From the NCBI GenBank assembly GCA_040751795.1, contig JBFMHR010000005.1, positions 160,001 through 224,000 on the forward strand: DNA of 64,000 nucleotides. Direction: 5' to 3'. The DNA is from Thermoplasmatota archaeon. GTDB taxonomy: Archaea; Thermoplasmatota; Thermoplasmata; UBA10834. Positions 39,901-49,033 of this stretch are shown here, piece by piece. Positions within the stretch are counted from its first letter, which is position 1, and the number at the start of each line of letters is the position of its first letter. The translations under genes and the position numbers were made by a program. The notes below the pieces were generated by a model. The model searched no databases. It was given only the letters and a program-made list of their open reading frames with translations, and had not been told where the DNA came from.

Positions 39901-41908
39901 GCACCCTGAGCTGCGGCTCCGCGGACGCGATCGAGTAGGAGCCGCCGGAGCCGGCGAGGGTCCAGGTGTCGCCGTTGTCGAGGGAGTAGCTGTACCGCAC
40001 CAGCCCGCGGTCGTCCGTCTCGTCCGTCGTGAGCGTGTACCACATGCTGAAGTCCGAGGCAAGGTAGTCCTCCGTCTCCACGGTCCCGCTCGGGGAGTAC
40101 CGCTCGTACCAGCAGGTGAAGGCCGAGAACGCGGGGGTGTACCACTCCAGGTCGGTCGACATGTAGACCCTGTACTGCACATACCTCCCCTGCTCGCCGA
40201 CCGGGCAGGGGCTGGGGAGCACGTCCGCGAGCTCCCACTCCTCCCATGTCGGGTCCGTCGGGGAGGTCGAGTTGCCTACCCTTCCCCTCACCTCGACCGA
40301 AGGCGGGACCAGCGCCGAGACGGTGAAGTGGTCGAAGTCGGCGGCCGGCCTCGAGATGGTCAGGGAGAACAGGAACAGGCCGACGTCGACCCTCTGCATG
40401 AGGGCATCCGAGGCCGGGTCGTGGTGGACGAGGCCGAAGTCGGTCCCGTCCTGGCTGGCATGGAGCCACACGCCCGTGGAGTTGCGGACCGCCCTCAGGT
40501 GGGCCGTCTCGAGGTCCGCCCACGCCGACGTCGCGACCGTCGAGCTGGTGCCGTTGTGGCAGACCGCGGCCTGGACGGTCCCGGACGCGCCGGTGCCGAC
40601 CTTGGAGAGGTAGAGCCATTCCCTCGGGCCCTCGTAGATGAGGAGGCCCGCCCCCATGGAGCCCGTCGTGAACGCCTCGTCCACGAGCGTGGAAGCGCTG
40701 AAGTCGCCGGTGACCTCCTGGTGCAGGAAGTTGCACGAGACGGCGGTGTCGTCGATGGGCGAGTTGGGGGAGCCCAGGATGTGGACCCACCCCGGCCTGG
40801 TGACGCCGACGTCGCACGAGCCGCCCGAGAGGGCGGGGTCGTTGAGCCAGGTCCACTTCGGCAGGAGCGTCGTCCCGCCGAAGGCGTCGTCCAGGAGCGA
40901 GACCCCGGTGGCGGAGTACGATGCCGTGGTGAATGTCGCGTTCGTCCCAGGGCCGAGGTGCCTCGACTCGAGCACGCCTGTCCCGCCCTGGACCGTGTAG
41001 TTGACGACGAGCCTGGGGTTCTGCTCTGGCGCGTCGGTGTCGTCCGAGCTCTGGAAGGCCTTCTGGTTGTCCCCCGCGGCTGGGACCGGCACCAGCACGA
41101 GCCCGATATTGTCCGTGGGCGACCTCGCCCACCCCTCGGCCAGCTTCGAGACGTCGATGCCCATCCAGCCGACGACGTTGGCAGCGGTCTGCCTCCCGTA
41201 GGAGTAGGGGTCGTAGTCGCCCCCCGGGTTCGTCCACGTGGTGGACACGGTGCTCTTGGCCCAGCAGACCTCCGACTCGACGAAGCTCACGGTGAGCCTG
41301 TGCACGTCGAACTCGACGTCCACTCCCCGCGAGCCCTGCGTCTGGTAGAGCCAGAGGGTCGCGTCGTCGACCACCGCCTCGGTTGGGATGGCGGCGAGGT
41401 CGAACCAGAGCACGATGTGCATGCGCTTGTCGTCCTCGGAGTCCATCAGGAGGTTGCTCGAGGCGCCGAAGTTGTCGTTGACCCTGTTCTCCGACAGGTA
41501 CGAGTCGACCCCCTCCGTCCCGGGCTGCGTCGAGAAGAAGTGGCTGGACACCCGGTCGTCGACGACCACCTTCCCGGCGAAGGATGAGGTGTCCACGTTG
41601 GTCTCCGTCCCCGCCGAGTAGTCGGCGGAGTCATAGTCCCCGTCCGACTCGTTGAGCCAGCTCAGCGTCGCGTCGCCCCCCTGCAGCACTGTCCCGGAGA
41701 GCGTGTAGTCCGAGCCCTGGTCGAAGTCCCAGACGATCGACGTGGTGTCGTCGGGGTTGTCGATGACCGTCGGGTCGGAGGATGCGCCCTGGCCGATCAG
41801 GAGCAGGGACGACAGGAGCATGAGCGCGCAGGCGCAGAGGGCGGCGGGCGCCCTCGCCCCTGGGAGGGCGAGCTCGTCGGTGAAGTGACCGTGGTGAGGC
41901 GGTGACAT
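36950..41908 (-). CDS. Large type-I membrane protein: DNRLRE/CBM96-like, ConA-like and tandem cadherin/Ig-like domains, TM helix, cytoplasmic longin/roadblock-like domain
   Basis: Signal peptide; DSYLSE..NFG..WFDL..ATLWLY..PRLVVNY; repeated NxxP / DxD / VSDG Ig-like units; TM AWFMVGMLAMAGVAAGSFAVAI; tail IMLIHNDGFLI..DEDVLSGMLTAVLNFVEDSM. Confidence 0.8.
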   Translation of the reverse strand: MSPPHHGHFTDELALPGARAPAALCACALMLLSSLLLIGQGASSDPTVIDNPDDTTSIVWDFDQGSDYTLSGTVLQGGDATLSWLNESDGDYDSADYSAGTETNVDTSSFAGKVVVDDRVSSHFFSTQPGTEGVDSYLSENRVNDNFGASSNLLMDSEDDKRMHIVLWFDLAAIPTEAVVDDATLWLYQTQGSRGVDVEFDVHRLTVSFVESEVCWAKSTVSTTWTNPGGDYDPYSYGRQTAANVVGWMGIDVSKLAEGWARSPTDNIGLVLVPVPAAGDNQKAFQSSDDTDAPEQNPRLVVNYTVQGGTGVLESRHLGPGTNATFTTASYSATGVSLLDDAFGGTTLLPKWTWLNDPALSGGSCDVGVTRPGWVHILGSPNSPIDDTAVSCNFLHQEVTGDFSASTLVDEAFTTGSMGAGLLIYEGPREWLYLSKVGTGASGTVQAAVCHNGTSSTVATSAWADLETAHLRAVRNSTGVWLHASQDGTDFGLVHHDPASDALMQRVDVGLFLFSLTISRPAADFDHFTVSALVPPSVEVRGRVGNSTSPTDPTWEEWELADVLPSPCPVGEQGRYVQYRVYMSTDLEWYTPAFSAFTCWYERYSPSGTVETEDYLASDFSMWYTLTTDETDDRGLVRYSYSLDNGDTWTLAGSGGSYSIASAEPQLRVRASLQTFDTLSTPRVHSVSAMHGTAVSYLVVVVPETAVAGETFPVTVYVKDGSNTTMVHWTGPVELTAVDSGSPDDIDTELAVTSAYITTGGSVTVPNEACTEAETIIIVAEAQGAYGLSTPITVTPAPASELTITPAPSFVPEDSEQTFTALATDDFDNPVTDLEFLWEVDPELGSLNRHNGSSVRLYVGEAGSDGYLRVSAGGLQASLHLTVTHTANAPTFVQSVPDQLKYEDSGSWTIDLSPYVQDSVHLDSELRWYVTNDAVVQVSGENRTGYLTLTLSTKQDLSGTDVLGLHVVDPDGLSASTNLTVHVIAVNDWPTVDAVEPLEVRYGVLYVYNMRYYVHDVDDDEGDLSLSVDDASSAHVSAEGLALHMLYPQELNGTDQAVVVTVSDGSATASTVVQVTVSDNNVPVAIDAVPDVDMYQGETRVDVFDLDDYFVDPDGDELFFTYGYTHVLINISAGNIVSIFAPMDWYGSDYIIFSATDASGARVESVGTIVVHRVNQAPVIEGVPDLRVMHDLGFEFDLTWYVSDPDNDLDDLHVATDDAHAVPAGMVLTLLYPAEMVGQVVYLGITVSDGELSDSWAIEVSVGDNTPPSSAALPMHSFQEDVPMPYPSSGDLRSYFDDADGEDLTFTVFAVEDAVSAAASEDAQGAWTVVFSTEANWNGNLWFVVRATDPGGALVESMAELTVQSVPDAPSLDFEEGVEATVGVQVAVDLRESAVDPDRHEQGLTFTLSGDHGAYATVLEGVLLLHFPGDFLADGEQSRTVSIAVTASDPDGLRDTDTLTVTVVRAEGGGEDAWFMVGMLAMAGVAAGSFAVAIRFRKEPFVVRDIMLIHNDGFLIGRAAEKVKGEVDEDVLSGMLTAVLNFVEDSMAKTQDGLRSFGFEHYKVLVRRGRTTYMAVVYEGDAPEAIEDRMAGFLAKVEKIYRKRIENWTGDIDTDFAGVGMLLQSFVRENSRRGRGLNGPARKDGGDAALPE

Positions 41909-42095
41909 GGCTCTTCGGACCTCGCCTTCGGCGGGCCGTGGTTCATCAACTCGTGCCTGGGCTATATATACGGGCGACAGCAAGTTATCGGGAGTGATAA
42001 CGGTCCTGGCCCTGAGGGCCATGCTGAGGCGCGGGGCCCCGCCAGTGCCAGCTCCCGGGCCCCTGCGGCAGGTTGAAATACGGCCTGCGCCCCGG

Positions 42096-42644
42096 TCACC
42101 GCCTCAGCATGCCGGGGAGGGACGCCAGTATGGACCTCAGGCGCGACAGCGCGGAGGAGAACTCCCGCCGGAAGACCGCGGCGCACAGGGCGGCGAGGAA
42201 CAGGAGGGCGAAGCCGAGGTCGGAGAGGACGTAGGTCGTGCCCATGTCCGCGAGCTCCCTGGTGCCCCAGTCCGCCGCGAAGCCGATATCGAACCCGCCG
42301 TCAGCAGTCAGGGTCACCCCGAGCTCGAGGTAGAACTGGTCCTCCACCAGGGGCCACAGGAACGCCACGCCGCCCAGGTCCAGGACGATGTGAGACGCGA
42401 GGTAGAACTGGACGAGGACCGCCGCGGGCATCCACCCCGGCCTCACGAACCTCGAGTAGGCCAGGAGCGCCATCGGCAGGACCAGTATAGGCACGAAGCT
42501 GTGCCCCAGGGCCCTGTGGAGGCCGAAGAGCGCGTCGAGGTCGGGGAGGACCGCCAGGGGGGCGAACAGGACCGCCCTCCTCGCGTCGACCCTGAGGGCC
42601 AGGAGGAAGAGCAGCGGGAACAGGAGGTGCATCAGCGGGTCCAT
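42096..42644 (-). CDS. Membrane-bound metal-dependent hydrolase (YdjM-like)
   Basis: MDPLMH, VLPDLD, HRALGHS, SHIVLD. Confidence 0.85.
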   Translation of the reverse strand: MDPLMHLLFPLLFLLALRVDARRAVLFAPLAVLPDLDALFGLHRALGHSFVPILVLPMALLAYSRFVRPGWMPAAVLVQFYLASHIVLDLGGVAFLWPLVEDQFYLELGVTLTADGGFDIGFAADWGTRELADMGTTYVLSDLGFALLFLAALCAAVFRREFSSALSRLRSILASLPGMLRR

Positions 42645-42772
42645 GGGGGTGCCTGCAACGGGGAGGCCAAGCGGACTATGTAAGCGTTCCCCCGCTGGAG
42701 GCGTCTGGGGCAACCTCTTTATCCTCCCTGCGCATTGGTTCGCCAACCAGTCCCGAGGAGGAGGGGACGCGC

Positions 42773-43276
42773 ATGCACAAGATGACGGAGCACAACCTCA
42801 ACGAGGCGTACGCGGGCGAGAGCCAGGCATTCATGAAGTACACGATCTGGGCCGACAAGGCCGAGGCGGAGGGGAAGGCCAACGTGGCGAGGCTCTTCCG
42901 GGCCGTAGCGGCGGCCGAGAAGGTCCACGCGGTCAACCACTGGAAGGTGCTCGGGAACGTCCTCGAGACGGCCGCGAACCTGGAGCACGCCGCGGAGGGC
43001 GAGAGGCACGAGATCGACGAGATGTACCCGGCCTTCAAGGCCGTGGCAGAGCTTCAGCAGGAAAAGGCGGCTATAAGGACGATACACTGGGCGCTTGAAA
43101 CGGAAAAGGTGCATCTCAAGAAGTACGAGAGGGCCATCGAGGCGGCCAAGGCGGGGAAGGACGTGGAGCTCGGCGCGCTGCACGTGTGCCCCGTCTGCGG
43201 CTACACAATGGAGGGCGAGGCCCCGGACATCTGTCCCATATGCAACGCCAAGAAGGCTTCCTTCAAAGTGTTCTGA
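42773..43276 (+). CDS. rbr: Rubrerythrin
   Basis: AYAGESQA..Y, EKVHA, GERHE..MYP, EKVH; C-terminal rubredoxin-like CPVCG...CPIC. Confidence 0.93.
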   Translation: MHKMTEHNLNEAYAGESQAFMKYTIWADKAEAEGKANVARLFRAVAAAEKVHAVNHWKVLGNVLETAANLEHAAEGERHEIDEMYPAFKAVAELQQEKAAIRTIHWALETEKVHLKKYERAIEAAKAGKDVELGALHVCPVCGYTMEGEAPDICPICNAKKASFKVF

Positions 43277-43371
43277 CGGCGGAATCGACGCCGTTAACTA
43301 TGTCTCCCGGCCATACGTGAGGCGGGCCCGGCTTGTCCGGGCGAGTGGTGATCCCGTTGGGCGTCGGAGGT

Positions 43372-44541
43372 ATGGAGGGCAGCCGTGGCGCGGAACGCGC
43401 CGACGGAGGCGCAGCCCCCTCCGGGCGCCGCCCGCCGGGGCGACTCAGATGGGGCCGGGCCGTGTCGGCGCTGAGCATCACGGCCATGTTCGCCATGCTC
43501 GTCGCCGCGCCCATGCTCTTCGAGGAGCCGACGGTCAAGATCGGCGTCCTGGTCCCCCTGACAGGGAGCTACTCGTTCCTCACCGACGTGAGGGACGGCA
43601 TGCTCCTGGCGGTCGAGAAGCTCAACAGGTGGGGCGGGATGAACGGGGCCAGGATCGAGCTGCTCGTCAGGGACACGGAGTCCGACCCGGAGAGGGCGGC
43701 GGAGGCGTTCGCCGAGCTCGAACGCGAGCATAGGCCGCTCTTCTACGTCTCGAGCGTAAGCCACCTGACGACCGCCGTCATCCCGCAGGCCGATGAGGCG
43801 GAGGTCATCCTGGTCGCGGTCGTCGCGGCGGCGCAGAACCTCACGGAGGGGTCGCACTGGTGCGTCAGGTACTACTCGGACGCCCAGGACGAGGTCGACG
43901 CCACGATGCACTCCATCGAGACATTGGGTGTCACCGACGTCGGCATCCTGCACGGCAACGACGACTTCAGCAACTCGGTCAACTATATCCTCGTCAACGC
44001 CCTCGAGGACGCGGGGATGTCGTACGAGAGCGTCCCGTTGGAGGCCCTCGACGGAGACTATGCAGCGGAGACGTCGCAGGTCATGGACAGGGATGCGGTC
44101 TTCCTCGGGATGCCCGCCACGTACATCAGGGAGACGCTCCTCCAGCTCAGGGAGGGCAACTACACGGGGCACATTCTGACCGCGAGCGGCGGCACATCCA
44201 CCGCCGTGAGGTCGATGCCGGAGGCCGAGGGCATATACGTCGCCGCGCCCTCGATGTACAACGAGAACTACCTGCCGGCCAAGTGGATCGCCGAGGAGTT
44301 CCAGTCGCGCTACGGCAGGCCGCTCACCCACTACGCGACCTGCGGCTACGACGTCATATACCTCTTCAGCGGGCTGATGAGGGACCTGGACCTCACCCGC
44401 TCCAACGTCCACGAGATGGTCGAGAGAGGTTTCGTCTACTCGGGGACGACGGCCACGCTGCGCGTCGACCCGGGCTCCCACGACATCGGCTTCGACCTAC
44501 TATCGGCCAGGGTCTCGGAGGGGCGGCTGTGGTACCTCTGA
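43372..44541 (+). CDS. Branched-chain amino acid-type (LivJ-like) solute-binding protein, membrane anchored
   Basis: N-terminal TM, VKIGVLVPLTG, GGMNGARIELLVRDTESDP, YATCGYD. Confidence 0.85.
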   Translation: MEGSRGAERADGGAAPSGRRPPGRLRWGRAVSALSITAMFAMLVAAPMLFEEPTVKIGVLVPLTGSYSFLTDVRDGMLLAVEKLNRWGGMNGARIELLVRDTESDPERAAEAFAELEREHRPLFYVSSVSHLTTAVIPQADEAEVILVAVVAAAQNLTEGSHWCVRYYSDAQDEVDATMHSIETLGVTDVGILHGNDDFSNSVNYILVNALEDAGMSYESVPLEALDGDYAAETSQVMDRDAVFLGMPATYIRETLLQLREGNYTGHILTASGGTSTAVRSMPEAEGIYVAAPSMYNENYLPAKWIAEEFQSRYGRPLTHYATCGYDVIYLFSGLMRDLDLTRSNVHEMVERGFVYSGTTATLRVDPGSHDIGFDLLSARVSEGRLWYL

Positions 44542-46466
44542 CCCGCCTCGTCCAGCGCGTGCCTGCGCGCCTCGTCACCAAGTTCATAGCCGCCTCGATA
44601 GTCATCTCCGCCCTCTTCCTCTCGCTCAGCGTGTACAGCGTCGATGCGAGCAGACATTCCATGGAGGTGGCCATCGGCCAGGAGTCCATAGACCTCGCGA
44701 ACCAGTTCGCCCTGTCGGTCGACAGGGGCGTCTACACGAAGCTCCACGAGCTGGCGATCATCGCCCTCGGCAGGGCCATCGAGGAGAACCTGGTCGCCTC
44801 CAACGCCGAGTTCGACGCCATGGACGACCCGGAGGCGTACATCGACGCCACCGACGCCGAGTGGACGTCCGTCCCGGTCGACGAGGTCACGCCGTTCATG
44901 GAGGCGATCATGTCCAACGAGCTCTCGCTCGACCTCACCGCGAGGCTCGAGACCCACTACCTCACCGAGCACGGCATAGACATGTACGGCGAGGTCCTCG
45001 TCACGAACAGGTACGGCGCGACCATAGCCATGACCGATCGGTCGTCCGACTACAGGCAGAACGACGAGGAGTGGTGGCAGGCCACAAGGGCGTCGGTCCA
45101 CCACGTCAGCGACGTCGAGTACGACGCCAGCTCGGACATGTACGGCCTCCCGGTGTGCTACAGCGTCGTGGACGGGGACGGCGAGTTCATCGGCATCATC
45201 AGGGCCTTCGTGGGCGTGATGGAGGTCATCGCGGAGACCCAGTTCGAGGCCGAGAACTTCGAGTCGACCGAGGTGAAGGTCGTCTCCTCCTCCTGGACCA
45301 TGATCTACTCGTCGATAGCATACAGGATCTTCGAGGACGTCTCGTCGAAGGAGTACATAGGGCACATACAGGGCGAGTCGGGGTACTTCAAGTCGGTCGA
45401 GGGGGGGCGTGAACGGCTCTACGCCTACACGGTCTCCCCGGGGTACCTCGAGTACGAGGGCCAGAGCTGGATCGTCATCATGAGCCACGACGAGGAGGAG
45501 GTGCTCGCCGGGGTCACCTCCCTCGGGGACCGCATCATGGCCGTGTCCTACGTCTTCCTGATGCTGTTCGTGGCGGTGGCCTTCGCGCTCTCCGCCAGCG
45601 TCACCAGGCCCGCGGCGGCCGTCAGGGACGCCGCCTCCCGCATGGCCAGGGGGGACCTCGGGGCCCGCGTGGAGGTGCGGTCGAGGGACGAACTCGGGGA
45701 CCTGGGCCTGGCGTTCAACGACATGGCATCGGAGCTCCAGGAGTTGTACGACGACCTCGAGGCGAAGGTCCAGGAGCGCTCGAGGGACGTCGACGCCGCC
45801 AACAGGAAGCTCCAGCTCCTCGGGTCCATAACCCGCCACGACGCCCTCAACCAGCTCGCGGTGCTCCGCGGCTGGCTGTCGATGGTCGAGGAGGGGGCCG
45901 CCGACCCCGCGGTCAAGGAGTACGTCGCCAAGGTGAAGGCCGCGAGCGAGACGCTGGAGGAGCAGCTGAAGTTCACCGGCACCTACGAGAAGATCGGCGT
46001 GACCAAGCCCGAATGGGTCGACGCGAAGCTCGCGCTGGACTCCAACCTGCCCGGACTGGACCTGAAGGGGGCCAGGGTGGTCAACGACCTCGCGGGCCTC
46101 GTCGTCCACGCGGACCCGATGTTCCCGAAGGTGCTGAGGAACCTGGCGGACAACTCCGTCAAGCACGGCAAGGGCACCACGGCCGTCTCCTTCTCGTACG
46201 AGGAGCGGCCGGAGGGATTGACCATCGTCGTGGCCGACGACGGCGGCGGGGTCCCCGCGGAGCTGAAGCCCAGGCTCTTCGAGCGCCCCAGGGACGCCAA
46301 GGGGCGCGTGGGCTACGGCCTCTACCTCTCGAAGGCCATCCTCGACATCACCGGCATGACCATCAGGGAGACGGGTACGCCCGGGAAGGGGGCGAGGTTC
46401 GAGATCACGGTCCCCCCCGGCCGGTACCGCCTGTCGATGGCGCCCTCGAAGGCCCGGAGGCGCTAG
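44529..46466 (+). CDS. Sensor histidine kinase (TM-Cache-like-TM-HAMP-HisKA-HATPase)
   Basis: DYRQNDEEWWQ, HAMP motif RSRDELGDLGLAFNDMA, H-box TRHDALNQL, N-box NLADNSVKHG, DDGGGVP, GYGLYL, GARFEI; overlaps the end of the binding-protein gene. Confidence 0.9.
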   Translation: MVPLTRLVQRVPARLVTKFIAASIVISALFLSLSVYSVDASRHSMEVAIGQESIDLANQFALSVDRGVYTKLHELAIIALGRAIEENLVASNAEFDAMDDPEAYIDATDAEWTSVPVDEVTPFMEAIMSNELSLDLTARLETHYLTEHGIDMYGEVLVTNRYGATIAMTDRSSDYRQNDEEWWQATRASVHHVSDVEYDASSDMYGLPVCYSVVDGDGEFIGIIRAFVGVMEVIAETQFEAENFESTEVKVVSSSWTMIYSSIAYRIFEDVSSKEYIGHIQGESGYFKSVEGGRERLYAYTVSPGYLEYEGQSWIVIMSHDEEEVLAGVTSLGDRIMAVSYVFLMLFVAVAFALSASVTRPAAAVRDAASRMARGDLGARVEVRSRDELGDLGLAFNDMASELQELYDDLEAKVQERSRDVDAANRKLQLLGSITRHDALNQLAVLRGWLSMVEEGAADPAVKEYVAKVKAASETLEEQLKFTGTYEKIGVTKPEWVDAKLALDSNLPGLDLKGARVVNDLAGLVVHADPMFPKVLRNLADNSVKHGKGTTAVSFSYEERPEGLTIVVADDGGGVPAELKPRLFERPRDAKGRVGYGLYLSKAILDITGMTIRETGTPGKGARFEITVPPGRYRLSMAPSKARRR

Positions 46467-46469
46467 CCC

Positions 46470-47933
46470 TCACCTGTGCGGTATGGCCCCTTCGGCCTCC
46501 GCGACGAGGGCCTCCAGCTCCTTCCTCAGGTCCTCGGCGATCGGCCCCGGCACGTGCGTCCTGAGTATCTCCTTCGCCTTGTCGCGCGCGTGGTCGACCG
46601 CGTTCTTCCCGCCTCCGGCCTTCCACTCCTTGTAGGTGCGCCCGTCGGTCACCATCGGCTGCCACATCTCCCTGAAGTGGTCCAGGGTGTGCTTCTTGCC
46701 CATGTAGTGCCCCTCGTGCCCGACCTCCATGATGACGTCCATCGGGACGGTGGAGTCGTCCACGCGGAACCCCTTGAGCATGTCGGCCATCATGGTGAAC
46801 ATCTCGTGGTCCAGTATGAGCTGCTCGTGCGACAGCACGGTCCAGTTCTCGAGGAGCCCAGGGCCCGAGGTCATGTCCGCCCCGCTCAGGTACGCGATGA
46901 ACGCCGAGAATGCCTTCTCGTACCCTGCCTGGACGTCCGGCGCCTTGGAGCAGGTGCCCCAGCCGCCGATGAAGATCGGTATGCCGTAGTACCTGGACAT
47001 CTGGACGTGCGCGGCCCTGACCATGTCCGCCGCGGGGAACAGCCCCTCGAAGAGGCCGCTCTGGACGTCCATCGCCATGGGCTCGCTCGAGTAGCACAGG
47101 GGCGAGCCGGGCGCCGCGAGCTGCAGCACCGTCGCCAGCGCGATCACCTGGGCGTTCCCGAGGACGACCGCGCCCGCCACGGTCATCGGCGCCGTGGCGC
47201 CTATGAGCGGCATGGCCATCAGCAGCGGCGGGCACCCGGCGCGCGAGAACTCTATCGCGGCGTCGGTGGTCATGCCGAGCACCATGGGCGAGGTCGTGCA
47301 GGTGAGGCTCGATATTATCGGCCTGCGCCTGAGCTCCTTCTCGCCTCCGACGACCGCCTCGGCCATCTTGATCTCGTAGACCGCCTCCTCCCTCTGGTAG
47401 GTGGAGCCGGTCGTGTAGTGCTTCTCGCAGTTCTCCGTGGCCGCGAGGTACTCGTGGACCGTGTGCGCGTGCTTCGGCACGTCCAGCGGGGTCACGAGCG
47501 GGTTGTACATGTGCATCATCGGGAGGTGGTCCACGATCTTCGCGGAGTCGGCCACGTCCCTGAGCGCGGAGGGCCTCCTCTCCCCGGTCTCCAGGTCTAT
47601 GGTGGCGAGGCCCACGCCGTCCGTGCAGGCGTAGCAGTGCGCCCCGTCGAGGACGAAGTCGTACTTCGGGTTGCGCGCCGCCATCGTGAAGCTCCTCTTG
47701 CACCTCTTCATGGACTCCTCGACCAGGGGGCCGGGGATCCTGCAGACATGGGTCTTCTCGTCGACCTCCGCGCCCGCCTCTTTGAGGAGCCTCCTCCCCT
47801 CCTCGCTCACGACCTTGATGCCCATCCTCTCCAGCAGCTGGAGCGACCTCAGGTGCACGGCCTCCGCGTCCTTCGTCTCCATGACCTCGAGGCGCCTCAT
47901 GCCGAACGAGCCGGGCCTGAACTTCGCGTCCAT
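46470..47933 (-). CDS. mttB: MttB-superfamily methylamine:corrinoid methyltransferase, non-pyrrolysine
   Basis: SLQLLERMGIKV, ARNPKYD, TSPM, GATAPMTVAGAVVLGNA, YYGIPIFIGGWGTCSKAPDVQAGYE, EQLILDHE; no in-frame TAG. Confidence 0.9.
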   Translation of the reverse strand: MDAKFRPGSFGMRRLEVMETKDAEAVHLRSLQLLERMGIKVVSEEGRRLLKEAGAEVDEKTHVCRIPGPLVEESMKRCKRSFTMAARNPKYDFVLDGAHCYACTDGVGLATIDLETGERRPSALRDVADSAKIVDHLPMMHMYNPLVTPLDVPKHAHTVHEYLAATENCEKHYTTGSTYQREEAVYEIKMAEAVVGGEKELRRRPIISSLTCTTSPMVLGMTTDAAIEFSRAGCPPLLMAMPLIGATAPMTVAGAVVLGNAQVIALATVLQLAAPGSPLCYSSEPMAMDVQSGLFEGLFPAADMVRAAHVQMSRYYGIPIFIGGWGTCSKAPDVQAGYEKAFSAFIAYLSGADMTSGPGLLENWTVLSHEQLILDHEMFTMMADMLKGFRVDDSTVPMDVIMEVGHEGHYMGKKHTLDHFREMWQPMVTDGRTYKEWKAGGGKNAVDHARDKAKEILRTHVPGPIAEDLRKELEALVAEAEGAIPHR

Positions 47934-47937
47934 CCCC

Positions 47938-48591
47938 TCAGGCCCCCTTGCCCATGAGCCGCTTCGCCGTCACGGCCGCGCTGTTCGCGTCCGATGCGTA
48001 GTGCGCGCCGATCTCCTTCGCCCACTCCTCTGAGACGGCGGCGCCGCCGACCAGCAGGGGCGCTCCGATGCCCGCGGCCCTCAGCGCGTCCACGACCTCC
48101 TTCTGGGTGTCCACCGTGGTGGTCATCAGGGACGAGGCCCCGAGCAGGTCGGCGCCCATCTCCTTCGCGGCGGATACGAAGTCCTCGGTAGGCGCGTCCT
48201 TGCCCAGGTCGCGCACCTCGAACCCGCTCGCCTCGAGCATGATCCTCACCAGGTTCTTCCCTATGTCGTGGATGTCCCCCGCGACGGTGCCGAGCACCAC
48301 CCTCCCGACGACGTTCCTCTGGGCGGCGACCCTCTTCATCTCGGGCTCCAGCACCTGGATGGCCGCGCCCATGATCTCCGCGGCGTAGATCAGCTCGACG
48401 ACGAACATCTCCTTCCTCGCGAACTTCTCCCCGACCTCGCGGATGCCCTTCGCGAGCCCGTCCTCTATCGCCTCGACGGGGCTCACGCCCGCGGCCAGCG
48501 CCTTCCTCGCGGCCTCGACCGCGGCCTCCTGCTGCAGGCCCTTCACTCCGTTCTCAAGCTCCGCCAATATGGCGCCCTTGTCGACAGCCAT
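47938..48591 (-). CDS. Cognate corrinoid (B12-binding) protein, MttC-like
   Basis: Four-helix cap (GLAKGIREVGEKF) plus GTVAGDIHDIGKN (DxHxxG), SSLMTTT, VGGAA; GGAGGT RBS. Confidence 0.93.
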   Translation of the reverse strand: MAVDKGAILAELENGVKGLQQEAAVEAARKALAAGVSPVEAIEDGLAKGIREVGEKFARKEMFVVELIYAAEIMGAAIQVLEPEMKRVAAQRNVVGRVVLGTVAGDIHDIGKNLVRIMLEASGFEVRDLGKDAPTEDFVSAAKEMGADLLGASSLMTTTVDTQKEVVDALRAAGIGAPLLVGGAAVSEEWAKEIGAHYASDANSAAVTAKRLMGKGA

Positions 48592-48707
48592 GTCATACCT
48601 CCTTCGATCCTCAGCGCCGGGCCGCGGGGCCCGGCCGAAACAGCGTGCCGCACTCGTCGGCGGCGAACAGGGTTGCCGGCCATTCGCTGGCCGGGGGCGG
48701 ACGAGAA

Positions 48708-48851
48708 TCAGTTGGCGGGCCTTCCCACCTGGAGCCCGGCGCCCAGGTGGAGCAGGAGCCTCGTGAGGACCTGGTCGAGGGAGGCCTCTCGCTTCGAGCG
48801 CCCCGCCCTCAGGCAGGGCCTGCGCGACTCAGGCCTGTAGAACGTCGCCAT
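48708..48851 (-). CDS. Putative 47-aa leader ORF upstream of the corrinoid/mttB operon
   Basis: MATFYRPESRRPCLRAGRSKREASLDQVLTRLLLHLGAGLQVGRPAN; GGTGGGAG 6 nt upstream; CTTAAGTA TATA-like element near 48916-48923. Confidence 0.35.
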   Translation of the reverse strand: MATFYRPESRRPCLRAGRSKREASLDQVLTRLLLHLGAGLQVGRPAN

Positions 48852-49033
48852 TGTCCGCTCCCCACCTGCCGGGACGGTCTCAGCCCCGGCCTCGGAAGGC
48901 GTATCGAGCGCGTGATACTTAAGTCTCATGGGGCGCGCCCGGCAAAACGACTTAAACCAGACTGCAAAGCCTAAAGAATCGAAGTGGCCATGCCCCCACG
49001 GCCCGGAGGAAGGAGGGCTGGAGGTGGCACCCG

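Noticed and set aside
48600-48925. Canonical cobalamin riboswitch upstream of the corrinoid gene
   Set aside because: I could not find the conserved GGGAA / GCCACTG / B12-box elements by eye; kept only as a generic structured leader.
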